DNA of 64,000 nt. Source: Candidatus Gottesmanbacteria bacterium. GTDB lineage: Bacteria > Patescibacteriota > Microgenomatia > UBA10105 > UBA927. How positions within the stretch are numbered: the stretch's first letter is position 1; each line of letters starts with the position of its first letter. Below, piece after piece: positions 27,756-37,659 of this stretch. Below the pieces are notes generated by a model, which worked only from the letters and a program-made list of their open reading frames with translations, made no database searches and was not told where the DNA came from. The stretch lies in assembly GCA_963809665.1 (NCBI GenBank), contig CAWEKC010000004.1:37172-101171 (forward strand). The letters are read 5' to 3'. Position numbers and translations under genes: made by a program.

Positions 27756-30703
27756 TTACCCGTATTGAAATAACTTCAACAATTCCCGATCCGAGGGCAG
27801 AAGTATTGACGGATCGATTGATTCATTCCGGGTACAAGATCTCGGTTGCCGGAGTGACGGACGTCTATACAATTGACAAACAACTCGACAAAACAATGCT
27901 ACGGATTGTTGCTTCGATTCTCACTGATGCTAACGTCCAGAGATTCGACATGCTGCGCCCTGCCGCACCCGGAAAATTTGACTGGGCTGTCGAAATCGGA
28001 AATCTGCCGGGTGTCACTGATAATGTTGCAACTACTGCGCGTGAAATAATTTCAGACCGTCTGCACGTCACGTTTACCGGATCTGAGAATATGTATACAT
28101 CGATTGTATATTTTATTCGGGGCAGGCTTTCCGAACTATCCGTCCGTCGCATGGCAAGCGAATTGTATAACCCGTTGATCCAGCGTTCGGAGGTAAAATC
28201 ACGAAACATATTCATCCGGGATAAAGGAATGGGTCATTTTGTTCCGAAAGTAACATTATACGGTTCCGCAGATGTCAGTACGGTAAACCTCAACATGCCC
28301 GATACTACACTCGCGTCAATCAGCGCGTCCGGGATACAAAATACCGACGGTACACGCCGCGGACCACTCGCTTTAAGCACCCGTGCCATGAAAACAATCG
28401 CGCATTATTTTATGCATAAACACCGGAGCCCTACGGATATCGAGCTTGAGTCGATCGCACAAACGTGGAGTGAACATTGCAAGCATATTATTTTTAACTC
28501 CCCTTTAGATGATTTCAAAGAAGGACTTTTCCGGCACTACATTAAACGCGCAACTGATGAAATCCGGGCGAAAAAAGGTAAAAAAGATTTTTGTGTTTCG
28601 GTATTTGCCGACAACTCCGGAGCCATCCGGTTAAACAAGACATTTCTCCTGACACATAAAGTTGAAACACACAACAGCCCGTCAGCACTGGACCCGTTCG
28701 GCGGGTCCGTAACGGGAATTGTCGGTGTCAACCGTGACACGATAGGTTTCGGTCTCGGCGCCAAGCCAATCATAAACGTATACGGTTTTTGCCTTGCGGA
28801 TCCCGACTCGAAAATTAAGCTGTATAAAGGAGCGAAGAAAACTCTGCCGATGCTCACATCGCGCAGAATTCTAGACGGTGTCGCAGGCGGAGTAAATAGC
28901 GGGGGAAACTGTTCAGGAATTCCGACTCCGTTGGGTTTTCTATACTTTGATGAGCGGTTCAGAGGAAAACCATTGGTGTTTGTGGGAACACTCGGTTTGA
29001 TTCCAGTGCGTTTACATAACAGAAAATCGTATATGAAAAAAGCAAAACCCGCGGACTATATAGTTATGGTCGGTGGAAGAGTCGGCCTGGACGGCATTCA
29101 CGGCGCAACGTTTTCCTCCGAAGCTCTGTCAGCCGGCAGTCCCGCTACAGCCGTACAGATCGGTGATCCGATTACGCAGAAAAAGCTAAGCGATGCCATA
29201 GTCAAGGAAGCCCGTGATCTTAACCTTTATTCAAGTATTACGGATAACGGTGCAGGCGGTCTGTCCTGCTCAGTCGCTGAAATGGCGAAAGAATCCGGCG
29301 GGTGCGTCGTACAGCTTGACCGTGTACCGCTCAAATACCAAGGGCTTGCGCCGTGGCAGATCTGGATTTCCGAATCGCAGGAACGCATGACTGTATCTGT
29401 ACCCAAAAAAAAGTGGCAAAGGTTTTACACCCTTATGAAAAGCCGCGGCGTAGAGGCAACGGTCATCGGTACGTTTACAAATTCCCATAAATGTATTGTC
29501 CGGTATAAGGGTAAAACCGTTATGGATATTGATATGGATTTCCTGCATAACGGCTTTCCGTACGACCATTTACAGACAAAACCGGTGGTACGTACATATG
29601 CAGAACCCTCTTATACAAATAAATCAAATTACACCCCAGATATACTCAAGGTTATGGCAAGTAGAAATATAGCGGGGTGTCCGTTTTTAGCCAGACAATA
29701 TGACCATGAGGTGCAGGGCACGTCCGTAACCAAACCCTTACAAGGTAGAGGTCAGGTGAATGCGGATGCAACCGTATCACGTCCAATCCTATCCGACCAA
29801 ATTGGCGTTGCTCTTTCGTTCGGTCTGGCCCCTTCGTACGGGGACATCGATATGTATGCTTCAGCTGCCGCTTCTTTGGACACTGCTGTCCGTGCGTGCA
29901 TTGTTGCCGGAGCAGATCCGGACCGTATTGCACTTCTGGATAATTTTTGCTGGTCTCAAAGCCGCAATCCGGAACGGTTATATGAGCTCAAACAAGCGGC
30001 GCGCGCGTGTTTCGATTTGGCCCTTGTGTACGGAACCCCGTTCATTTCCGGTAAAGACAGTATGTATAACGAGTTTGCAGGTTTCGATGCATTCAGTAAA
30101 CCCGTCACCGTCGCAATTCCGCCTACCGTATTGATTTCCGGTCTCGGCATTCTTGATGATTGCGCCGACACGGTCACATTGGATGCAAAAATGCCCAAGG
30201 ATCTTGTATATATTTTGGGGAATACGTTTAATGAACTCGGCGGGAGCCAGTGGTATGCGCTGTCCGGTGCGATAGGCAATACCGTTCCCAACGTACGGGC
30301 CCGTGAAAACATTTATCTTTACCGGAGATATTACATGCTTGTGAAACATCATCTGCTCGTTTCCGGCCAAAGTGTCGGCAAAGGGGGGCTTGCAGCAGCA
30401 CTAGTTAAAACCTCACTCGGCGGACGTCTGGGCATGTATTTGACGCTCCCTACTCTTCCGGGAAACGTCAAGGGATCAGCCGAAACATTATTTTCCGAAT
30501 CGCAGGGAAGAATAGTTGTAACGGTGGCGCCTCATAACAAGAAAAGGTTTGAAAAATTGCTTGTAGATATCCCGCACAGCTATCTCGGAACGGTATCAGA
30601 GGACGGGAAATTTATTATAAAAAATGCCTACGGTTCACCGATAATAGATACGACTATCGACAGATTATGTGCATCGTATCAAACGGCTTTTGCCGGATAT
30701 TAA
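27752..30703 (+). CDS. purL: phosphoribosylformylglycinamidine synthase II with an N-terminal PurS-like extension (purSL fusion)
   Basis: 983 aa. PurL AIRS/AIRS_C repeats preceded by a ~240-aa N-terminal extension whose first ~80 aa look PurS-like. Confidence 0.9.
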   Translation: MITRIEITSTIPDPRAEVLTDRLIHSGYKISVAGVTDVYTIDKQLDKTMLRIVASILTDANVQRFDMLRPAAPGKFDWAVEIGNLPGVTDNVATTAREIISDRLHVTFTGSENMYTSIVYFIRGRLSELSVRRMASELYNPLIQRSEVKSRNIFIRDKGMGHFVPKVTLYGSADVSTVNLNMPDTTLASISASGIQNTDGTRRGPLALSTRAMKTIAHYFMHKHRSPTDIELESIAQTWSEHCKHIIFNSPLDDFKEGLFRHYIKRATDEIRAKKGKKDFCVSVFADNSGAIRLNKTFLLTHKVETHNSPSALDPFGGSVTGIVGVNRDTIGFGLGAKPIINVYGFCLADPDSKIKLYKGAKKTLPMLTSRRILDGVAGGVNSGGNCSGIPTPLGFLYFDERFRGKPLVFVGTLGLIPVRLHNRKSYMKKAKPADYIVMVGGRVGLDGIHGATFSSEALSAGSPATAVQIGDPITQKKLSDAIVKEARDLNLYSSITDNGAGGLSCSVAEMAKESGGCVVQLDRVPLKYQGLAPWQIWISESQERMTVSVPKKKWQRFYTLMKSRGVEATVIGTFTNSHKCIVRYKGKTVMDIDMDFLHNGFPYDHLQTKPVVRTYAEPSYTNKSNYTPDILKVMASRNIAGCPFLARQYDHEVQGTSVTKPLQGRGQVNADATVSRPILSDQIGVALSFGLAPSYGDIDMYASAAASLDTAVRACIVAGADPDRIALLDNFCWSQSRNPERLYELKQAARACFDLALVYGTPFISGKDSMYNEFAGFDAFSKPVTVAIPPTVLISGLGILDDCADTVTLDAKMPKDLVYILGNTFNELGGSQWYALSGAIGNTVPNVRARENIYLYRRYYMLVKHHLLVSGQSVGKGGLAAALVKTSLGGRLGMYLTLPTLPGNVKGSAETLFSESQGRIVVTVAPHNKKRFEKLLVDIPHSYLGTVSEDGKFIIKNAYGSPIIDTTIDRLCASYQTAFAGY

Positions 30704-30704
30704 T

Positions 30705-31484
30705 ATGAAAACCATGCCCCGTGCTCTTGTGTTAACCGGATACGGGATAAATTGTGAAGAAGAAACGGCATATGCGTTTGCTCTTGCAGGCATTCCGACT
30801 GACATTATTCATGTCAACGATCTTATCACACGTAAGGGAATGCTGCGCAAATACAAAATCCTTGCAATTCCGGGGGGATTTTCCTATGGGGACGATACGG
30901 GAAGCGGTAACGCGTTTGCTATGAAACTCCATAATCATATGCAGGAAGAATTAGTGCGTTTTGCGTCATCGGACCGTTTAGTCATCGGCATATGTAACGG
31001 GTTCCAAATTCTTGTCCGGTTCGGATTGTTTCCGGGGGTATCTCTGCTACGCAACGATACCGCGCGGTATACTGTCCGATGGACGGATGTACGGGTATCC
31101 AATACCTCACCGTGGCTGCGGAATGTATCATCACTTTCTCTGCCAATTGCCCACGGGGAAGGAAAATTCTGGGCCACACCTGACGTGTTACAATCCCTAG
31201 ACGGAAGCGGACAAATTGCATTAAAGTATTATAATGGTGACCTATGTGCTTACCAACATCTGGCTGCAAATCCTACCGGAACGGCACAAAATATCGCGGG
31301 CATCACGGATATATCGGGCAGGGTTTTGGGGTTGATGCCGCACCCTGAACGTGCTGTACTTTTTATGCAGAGGCCCGATTGGCCACTACTACGGGAACAG
31401 TATGTACGTGCACATAGGCCGGTTCCCTCATTCGGGCCCGGTATGGAAATATTTAGAAACGCCATGAACTATTTTGTCGCGTAA
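30705..31484 (+). CDS. purQ: phosphoribosylformylglycinamidine synthase I (glutaminase)
   Basis: A class I glutamine amidotransferase (GICNGFQ, HPE). The start is the ATG 1 nt after the purL stop. Confidence 0.9.
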   Translation: MKTMPRALVLTGYGINCEEETAYAFALAGIPTDIIHVNDLITRKGMLRKYKILAIPGGFSYGDDTGSGNAFAMKLHNHMQEELVRFASSDRLVIGICNGFQILVRFGLFPGVSLLRNDTARYTVRWTDVRVSNTSPWLRNVSSLSLPIAHGEGKFWATPDVLQSLDGSGQIALKYYNGDLCAYQHLAANPTGTAQNIAGITDISGRVLGLMPHPERAVLFMQRPDWPLLREQYVRAHRPVPSFGPGMEIFRNAMNYFVA

Positions 31485-31493
31485 GGAGGCAGT

Positions 31494-32021
31494 ATGAAAC
31501 AACAGGTAAGTATTGTCATGGGGAGCGACTCTGATCTCCCGGTCATGAGTGAGGCGGCTAAAGTGTTGGAAGAGTTTCATGTCGGCTATGAAATGAAAAT
31601 TTGTTCCGCACACAGGAGTCCGAAGGAAACGCACGCATATGCAGCATCACTGGAAAAACGGGGGATCCAGGTCGTGGTTGCGGGTGCGGGGGGTGCCGCG
31701 CACCTTGCCGGAGTTATTGCATCATGGACAACACTACCTGTTATCGGAGTTCCTATATATACCAGAACGCTAAGCGGGATTGACTCTTTGTTTTCAGTCG
31801 TCAGCATGCCGCCCGGCGTGCCGGTAGCAACTGTGGGTATCAACGCCGCCCAAAACGCAGCGCTTTTAGCAATCGAGATTCTGTCCGTGCATACCAATTC
31901 GTTACGGCATGCGCTGCAGGTATACAAAAAAAAGATGTCACTGGCTGTTGATGCAAAAAACCAAAAGCTGCAGCGCATAGGGTATAAAGCATACCGTCAG
32001 GCTATAGAGAAAGGAAAGTAA
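31494..32021 (+). CDS. purE: N5-carboxyaminoimidazole ribonucleotide mutase
   Basis: 175 aa with a PurE fold (IVMGSDSDLPVM...VVAGAGGAAHL). Confidence 0.9.
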   Translation: MKQQVSIVMGSDSDLPVMSEAAKVLEEFHVGYEMKICSAHRSPKETHAYAASLEKRGIQVVVAGAGGAAHLAGVIASWTTLPVIGVPIYTRTLSGIDSLFSVVSMPPGVPVATVGINAAQNAALLAIEILSVHTNSLRHALQVYKKKMSLAVDAKNQKLQRIGYKAYRQAIEKGK

Positions 32022-32025
32022 AATC

Positions 32026-32988
32026 ATGAAGTCAAATACAATTGTGCGGGCATTGCCCCACGTACTGAAAACCGTTAATTATACCTCGCTCGGAAAAAAA
32101 TATCAGGGAAAAGTCCGTGATTTTTATATCAAGGGAGATAGGCGGATTATCATCACCACTGACAGACAGAGTGCATTTGACGTAGTATTGGGTTGCATTC
32201 CGTTTAAAGGAGCAGTCCTCAATCTGCTGTCCGCGTTCTGGTTTGAAAAAACCGGTCATATTGTACCCAATCATCTTATTTCCATACCGGACCCGAATGT
32301 GGCGCTTGTCCGGAATCTCACGCCCGTTCCTATAGAGATGATTGTCCGCGGGTACATTTCCGGTTCAACAAAAACTTCCATCTGGTATTCATATCAAAAT
32401 GGGGAGCGGGTCATTTACGGTCTGCGGTTTCCGAAGGGACTTACGAAGAATCAAAAACTCGACCGACCGATAATCACGCCCACGACTCATGGCGGCGGAA
32501 AAGGAGGCCACGATGAGCGGCTCACGCGTGAAGAGATTTTGAAACGGAAAATTATTCCGCCTGTTGTATACCGCCAAATGGAAAAAGCAGCACTTGCGCT
32601 TTTTGCGTACGGAAGCGCGTTGTGTAAACGCCGCGGGTTAATATTGGTGGATACAAAGTATGAATTTGGATTGTATAAAGGAAACATCATGCTGATGGAC
32701 GAAATCCACACGCCGGATTCCTCCCGTTTCTGGAAAGCCGATACATACCGGGAACGGTTTAAAAAGGGGTTGGAGCCCGAAAATTTCGATAAAGAATTTT
32801 TGCGCCTCTGGTATGCCAAACGGGGATATACAGGAGACGGGGATCCGCCGAAAATGACGCGCCAACTTATTCTTGCCACGGCGCGCCGGTATATCGACGT
32901 ATATGAAATGATCACGGGGAAACGCTTCGCAGGATTTTCATATCCCATCAAAGACAGGATATATGCCGCAATTAGGGTAACTCTGTGA
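32026..32988 (+). CDS. purC: phosphoribosylaminoimidazole-succinocarboxamide synthase
   Basis: 320 aa SAICAR synthetase (GKVRDFY...TTDRQSAFD). Confidence 0.9.
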   Translation: MKSNTIVRALPHVLKTVNYTSLGKKYQGKVRDFYIKGDRRIIITTDRQSAFDVVLGCIPFKGAVLNLLSAFWFEKTGHIVPNHLISIPDPNVALVRNLTPVPIEMIVRGYISGSTKTSIWYSYQNGERVIYGLRFPKGLTKNQKLDRPIITPTTHGGGKGGHDERLTREEILKRKIIPPVVYRQMEKAALALFAYGSALCKRRGLILVDTKYEFGLYKGNIMLMDEIHTPDSSRFWKADTYRERFKKGLEPENFDKEFLRLWYAKRGYTGDGDPPKMTRQLILATARRYIDVYEMITGKRFAGFSYPIKDRIYAAIRVTL

Positions 32989-34097
32989 AAAAACCACTCA
33001 ACTACAGCGGAAGCGGTGTCCGGTATAAGACAATGGATACGCTAAAACGCTTCGCACAGGAATCCGGTGTCAGAACCGCGAAAAACCTCCGCAAAGCAGA
33101 AGCTGCAGAAGTACCTGCCAGCCGCGGTGAATCCGCATATGTCTGGGAGGAAAAAGACTCCTACCGTGCGTTTGTCATGGAAGGATTGGGAACAAAAAAT
33201 CTGGTTGCTGATGCAATGGGCAGAATAACCGGAAAAACGTATTATGACGCAATTGCCAAGGACGCTGTAGCAATGATCGTAAACGACCTTGTTGTTGTTG
33301 GAGCCGCTCCGATGGTGGTAAGCGCATACTTTGCCGTCGGTGATTCAGCCTGGTTTACACATACCAAACGCGTCCGGGATTTGCTCCGCGGGTGGGCCGC
33401 CGCCTGTTCGGAGGCCGGCGCAACGTGGGGCGGCGGGGAAACGGCGACACTCAAAGGAATTCTAAACCGTGACACAATTGACCTTGCGGGATCCGCAGTC
33501 GGGCGTATTTATCCCAAAAAGCGGCTGACGCTCGGAGGTAAAATTACCATCGGAGACGCGATTGTGCTGGTTGAGAGCAACGGAATTCATTCAAACGGAT
33601 TGACTCTTGCACGGGCAATTGCGGATAGGCTGCCCATGGGATATAAAACGAAATTACCGGACGGTTCGCAGTACGGTGAAGCACTTTTACGCCCGTCCCA
33701 TATCTATGCTTCACTCGTCCGTGACGTATTTGATGCCGGTGTTGATATCCATTATATGGTGCATATTACGGGTCATGGCTGGCGGAAACTTATGAGGGCG
33801 GATAAACAAGCTTCTTACATTATCGGGAAGATTCCGGATTCCCAGCCGCTTTTTTCCTTTCTGCAAAAGCATTCCGGAGCAAGTGACCGTGAGCTCTATG
33901 GCACGTTCAATATGGGTGCAGGGTTTGCTTTTTACATACGTCCTGCAGACGTTAACAAAGTCCTACTGGCGGCAAAAAAACACGGGATGAGGGCATGGGA
34001 AGCCGGATTCGTGGCCCGCGGACCGAAACGTGTTGTTATTAAAGAAAAAAATATCGTCTTCGCCGCATCATCACTCTCGATCCGTTCGCTTGTCTAA
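32985..34097 (+). CDS. purM: phosphoribosylformylglycinamidine cyclo-ligase (AIR synthetase)
   Basis: 370 aa with PurM N- and C-terminal domains (DAVAMIVNDLVVVGAAP). Confidence 0.85.
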   Translation: MKKPLNYSGSGVRYKTMDTLKRFAQESGVRTAKNLRKAEAAEVPASRGESAYVWEEKDSYRAFVMEGLGTKNLVADAMGRITGKTYYDAIAKDAVAMIVNDLVVVGAAPMVVSAYFAVGDSAWFTHTKRVRDLLRGWAAACSEAGATWGGGETATLKGILNRDTIDLAGSAVGRIYPKKRLTLGGKITIGDAIVLVESNGIHSNGLTLARAIADRLPMGYKTKLPDGSQYGEALLRPSHIYASLVRDVFDAGVDIHYMVHITGHGWRKLMRADKQASYIIGKIPDSQPLFSFLQKHSGASDRELYGTFNMGAGFAFYIRPADVNKVLLAAKKHGMRAWEAGFVARGPKRVVIKEKNIVFAASSLSIRSLV

Positions 34098-34128
34098 TGG
34101 CCCGAATGGGTGATATAATAAGCCTCTT

Positions 34129-34410
34129 ATGGCAAATTCAGCAACCTGGAACACAATTCCCTTTCATGTCGGCGATACGGTCCGCGTGCATTACAAACTG
34201 ATCGAGCACGAAAAAGTAGCCGGCAAAACCAAGCGGGAAGTCAAAGAACAGACGCGGGAACGTACACAGGCGTTTGAAGGAATCGTTATATCGATAAAAG
34301 GCAGCGGCGCCAACTGCATGTTTACCGTCCGAAAAATCGGCAGCGGAGCCATAGGTATTGAGCGTATTTTCCCGTTAGCATCCCCATGGATTAAAAAACT
34401 GGGAGGTTAA
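34129..34410 (+). CDS. rplS: 50S ribosomal protein L19
   Basis: 93 aa with bL19 motifs (GDTVRVHYK...[10 protein letters not shown]...FTVRKI...GIERIFP). Confidence 0.85.
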   Translation: MANSATWNTIPFHVGDTVRVHYKLIEHEKVAGKTKREVKEQTRERTQAFEGIVISIKGSGANCMFTVRKIGSGAIGIERIFPLASPWIKKLGG

Positions 34411-34559
34411 AAAGACAGGCGACGTCAGACGCGCGAAACTCTATTATCTGCGTGATAAACAGGGGAAAGAGGCTGCAAAAGTGAACGAGGCGACAATAAC
34501 TTCCGCGTAACCGCATAATAATTCCCGGTCTGTTCAAAATTTTGATATAATATGCGCAC

Positions 34560-34632
34560 GGGTTGGTAGCTCAACGGTAGAGCAGCAGCCTTTTAAGCTG
34601 TTGGTTCAGGGTTCGAATCCCTGCCGACTCAC
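34560..34632 (+). tRNA. tRNA-Lys (anticodon UUU)
   Basis: A manual cloverleaf: acceptor GGGTTGG/CCGACTC, D-arm GCTC...GAGC, anticodon stem GCAGC/GCTGT with loop CTTTTAA, and T-arm CAGGG-TTCGAAT-CCCTG. A TATAAT box lies 12 nt upstream. Confidence 0.85.
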
Positions 34633-34661
34633 AAGTAAATGAAGAAAATATGAATAATATA

Positions 34662-35315
34662 TTATTCTGTAATTCTTTTTCCAATTCTATCTGTCAGTTC
34701 TAAGAAGTATTGTTTCAATTCTTGAAGAGTAATTTTTATTATCATTTTTGGTAAATAATCAAAATCCTCAACTTTTAGTACATTTGAGGCAAATAGAACA
34801 AGATCTACCTCCATACCAAACTTATGTTCATACGCCCGAAGTAAATCCCAAAGGGTATAGTGTTTAAGGATAAAGTAACAGTCAACAAAATCTTTTATGT
34901 CGTTTCTGTTATTAATTGCTGCAATCTTATTCGCCCCGATATCAAGCAAACTATCAACCATCACGCCATGGCACAATGGGCCTTTTTCAAGCCGTTTATA
35001 TGGATATTTTGCAAAATCGATTTTCAGCTTCATAGTATGCGAATCGGTAAACTCATATATCAATGTGTTTTCTATCTGAGTGAACCGTACGGATAATTTC
35101 AGTTTTTCAGCAATTAATGTAATGAGCGGATTGGTAAAATCAACTGAAATATCGCTTTCTGTGAAAAAATCGAGATCATCTGAAATGCGATGCTGAAGAT
35201 AAAATATAGATAACGCTGTGCCTCCAGTGAAATAGAAGTTTTCTTTTATCGTGGAATTTGAAGCTATACTATCAAATGCTTTCTGCTGTGTGACGGTAAA
35301 TTTCATGTCCCCCAT
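34662..35315 (-). CDS. AbiEii/AbiGii-family nucleotidyltransferase toxin (type IV toxin-antitoxin, DUF1814)
   Basis: 217 aa with the N-terminal nucleotidyltransferase motif FYFTGGTALSIFYLQHRISDDLDFF. The region is AT-rich. Confidence 0.65.
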   Translation of the reverse strand: MGDMKFTVTQQKAFDSIASNSTIKENFYFTGGTALSIFYLQHRISDDLDFFTESDISVDFTNPLITLIAEKLKLSVRFTQIENTLIYEFTDSHTMKLKIDFAKYPYKRLEKGPLCHGVMVDSLLDIGANKIAAINNRNDIKDFVDCYFILKHYTLWDLLRAYEHKFGMEVDLVLFASNVLKVEDFDYLPKMIIKITLQELKQYFLELTDRIGKRITE

Positions 35316-35512
35316 ATAAGATGATGAAATAGTTTTTTACGTTTTGGCTCAATGGAGAGACTATTCCAATTTTTTTTGACTTTATTTAAAGGAATCTTTT
35401 TTTTACCTTTCAGATAAATACCATAATTGATCAGACGCTCTAAAAGGAAAAGTTGACCACGGCTGCTTTTTTTCAACGTATTACTTCTATAATCCCAAAT
35501 ATTATCGTTCAT
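35303..35512 (-). CDS. small protein upstream of and overlapping the AbiEii gene; possible short AbiEi-like antitoxin
   Basis: 69 aa and basic, on the same strand, overlapping the toxin start by 13 nt. The assignment rests on context only. Confidence 0.35.
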   Translation of the reverse strand: MNDNIWDYRSNTLKKSSRGQLFLLERLINYGIYLKGKKKIPLNKVKKNWNSLSIEPKRKKLFHHLIWGT

Positions 35513-35695
35513 ACTGTTATTATATGATATTTAATTACGTCGTGCTATTTTACTCTGTAAACAACGCTGCGGGTCATCTCTGCTGTACAATAATAGAAAC
35601 GTGGCAGTTGTCGTAGGTAACGCCGAACTTTTTGAGTTTTTCGAAGGTATTCAGGAGGCTAGGTACGATCAGGTTCCACCTGCGGGCACCTGCGC

Positions 35696-35983
35696 TCACC
35701 GAGAATGTGGTTTTTTTATAGCCCAAGGAGCTTCTTGTTTTACAAGCCAGTAATATGACGCTTCTATCAATGGCACGTCTTCAGTGTCAGGAGGTAGTGC
35801 TAAAACAGCCTTAGCCATGTTCATGAGAGATTCTGCTGAAACTGGTTTATCTGGAAGTTGCAGGCGTTGACATAATTCCGCATAACCCAAAGGGCTCTGT
35901 ATATCTGGTGGTCCAGGTTGAACCACGACCTCGTTCCAAACCTGAAATACTCTTTCAATAGCTTCGGGAGTGAGTTTGCTCAT
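35696..35983 (-). CDS. hypothetical protein
   Basis: A 95-aa ORF with locally elevated GC inside the tRNA-flanked accessory segment. No motif recognised. Confidence 0.35.
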   Translation of the reverse strand: MSKLTPEAIERVFQVWNEVVVQPGPPDIQSPLGYAELCQRLQLPDKPVSAESLMNMAKAVLALPPDTEDVPLIEASYYWLVKQEAPWAIKKPHSR

Positions 35984-36121
35984 AAGTGCCCCAAATTATA
36001 GCACACAGTATGCGAAATGTTTATTCTCTCGCTGTCATAGGTATTTGTAACTGGTTGAGCGTGTGGTACACCCGCAGCATATAGCCGTAGTAGGCGTTCC
36101 AATCTTGGGACAGCCGACTCA

Positions 36122-36925
36122 CTACTTTATACAGAATATGCTTCCGACAGAGGTGAGTTCGGAAAGAGCCGTTTTCCCGTTATAAAACGCCGATGCACTG
36201 CCGCCGTCAAGATTTAATGCATCCGCAATACCCAGATTTTCCTTCCTGCTTATTGAATCGACAACCGACGGAAGGTCGGCAAGCATAGGTCCGGAATAGA
36301 CTGAATCTGAAGAATATACTGCAAGAAACACAAATCCGTCGTCCACTGTCTTTCCGACAATCATCCGTCGGGCATGCTCGTCCTGCGTAATTGTTAACGG
36401 CAGCGCCTGACTGTTAAATACAATCATCGGTCCTGTTTGGATGGCAAAACGGTACGATGTACGCGGCAGGTCCGAAGAAATAAGTGCGCCCCCGTCGGCA
36501 TCTGCCCAAAAAAAACCGTTCACGAGCGCACTGGATATTTTTGCACCGTACGTGCGCTTATCCGCATAAAAGAATCCCAGCGGTTTACCGGCCGTATCAT
36601 AAAATCCACCGTTTATTGCTTGTTGGCACAGATTATCGCCGGCAAGCGACTTCGCATCGCGTTTGTCGGTAAAATTAGGAATCAGGGTGATTGATGAGCC
36701 TGTTGCAACTTTAATAAGAGCATACGAATAGGACAAATTATCTACTGTTATTGTCGGTCCCGGTGACGGTGCATCCGGGGTCGGAACCGGGTCTATAGAA
36801 GAAACAGGTTCAAGGACCTGATTTTGTATATGCACAAATTGATATACGGTCCACGCAAGCAGGAGTACACATACAAGGATTATTCCGGCAAATACACGTT
36901 TCATGTACGTCCGCCCTTTTTCCAA
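36122..36925 (-). CDS. signal-anchored phosphodiester glycosidase-family protein (DUF2233-like)
   Basis: An N-terminal TM/signal anchor, a proline-rich linker, and the C-terminal NLDGGSAS motif typical of the family. Confidence 0.55.
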   Translation of the reverse strand: MEKGRTYMKRVFAGIILVCVLLLAWTVYQFVHIQNQVLEPVSSIDPVPTPDAPSPGPTITVDNLSYSYALIKVATGSSITLIPNFTDKRDAKSLAGDNLCQQAINGGFYDTAGKPLGFFYADKRTYGAKISSALVNGFFWADADGGALISSDLPRTSYRFAIQTGPMIVFNSQALPLTITQDEHARRMIVGKTVDDGFVFLAVYSSDSVYSGPMLADLPSVVDSISRKENLGIADALNLDGGSASAFYNGKTALSELTSVGSIFCIK

Positions 36926-37659
36926 AGAGGAGAGTTTATAAGGGGAGAGAAAATATCCTCCGTCACGGAAATATGAAGGGATTTAATTTCTGTATGTGTC
37001 GGCGCCCGTTCCAAAAAACGGACAAACGGTATATCCTGTATGACCGCGAGCGGTGTCTGTTCTTTTCCCTCACCCATCGCCAATACGGCTGCGGCTGCCA
37101 GTCCGTCCAGAACGCTTGCTTTCGTAACATGGAGAAGCCGTCCGAAAATATCCGGCTGGTCAATATAATTATTGAGCGGCTCAAAACCGCACCACCCGAT
37201 GCCTATACCGGTGACTCCCCACCGCAGCGGGGTTGTGTGGCTGTCGGAAATAATGACACCTACGTGTTTCAGGTGATAGGTAGCACGCAAATGATTCCAA
37301 ATATCCGAAGCTGTTTTCGGAATATTTTCCGGCCACAAAATAAAATACCCGTTTCCGTTGCTCTCATCAATGCCGGAAGATGCTATGAGCGTATCGTTTT
37401 TGACGGTGAGTGTAATTCCCCACTTCCGTGAGTTTTGTTCTTCCATATATAATTGGGCTTCGCGGTGTATAAGGTCATGTTTATCGATAGTACCGTCGTT
37501 TTTGATAACGCGTCCCTGGCAGATACTTATAATTTTGGATGTCACGACAACGACAGAGTTTTCCGTAAGACGCGGCAGACACGTATCAAGTGTCTTCAAT
37601 AAATCAGACCCAACCACAATTTTCGGGGTATTATATGCAGTCACTATCATAGGACTCAC
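36901..37659 (-). CDS. CofE-like (F420-0:gamma-glutamyl ligase family) protein
   Basis: VVVTSKIISICQGR and SSGIDESNGNG resemble the PF01996 core. Overlaps the downstream gene by 25 nt. Confidence 0.55.
   Translation of the reverse strand: MSPMIVTAYNTPKIVVGSDLLKTLDTCLPRLTENSVVVVTSKIISICQGRVIKNDGTIDKHDLIHREAQLYMEEQNSRKWGITLTVKNDTLIASSGIDESNGNGYFILWPENIPKTASDIWNHLRATYHLKHVGVIISDSHTTPLRWGVTGIGIGWCGFEPLNNYIDQPDIFGRLLHVTKASVLDGLAAAAVLAMGEGKEQTPLAVIQDIPFVRFLERAPTHTEIKSLHISVTEDIFSPLINSPLWKKGGRT

Noticed and set aside
34411-34559. A possible terminator or small RNA between rplS and tRNA-Lys (GACGTC palindrome).
   Set aside because: The palindrome is short with no U-tract. Only the TATAAT box just upstream of the tRNA is credible, and it is mentioned in the tRNA evidence.
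35560-35700. Short plus-strand and minus-strand coding-looking fragments (for example VAVVVGNAELFEFFEGIQEARYDQVPPAGT...).
   Set aside because: They are under 60 codons with no start codon or context and no recognisable family. They are probably remnants of a decayed gene in the islet, and are not annotated.
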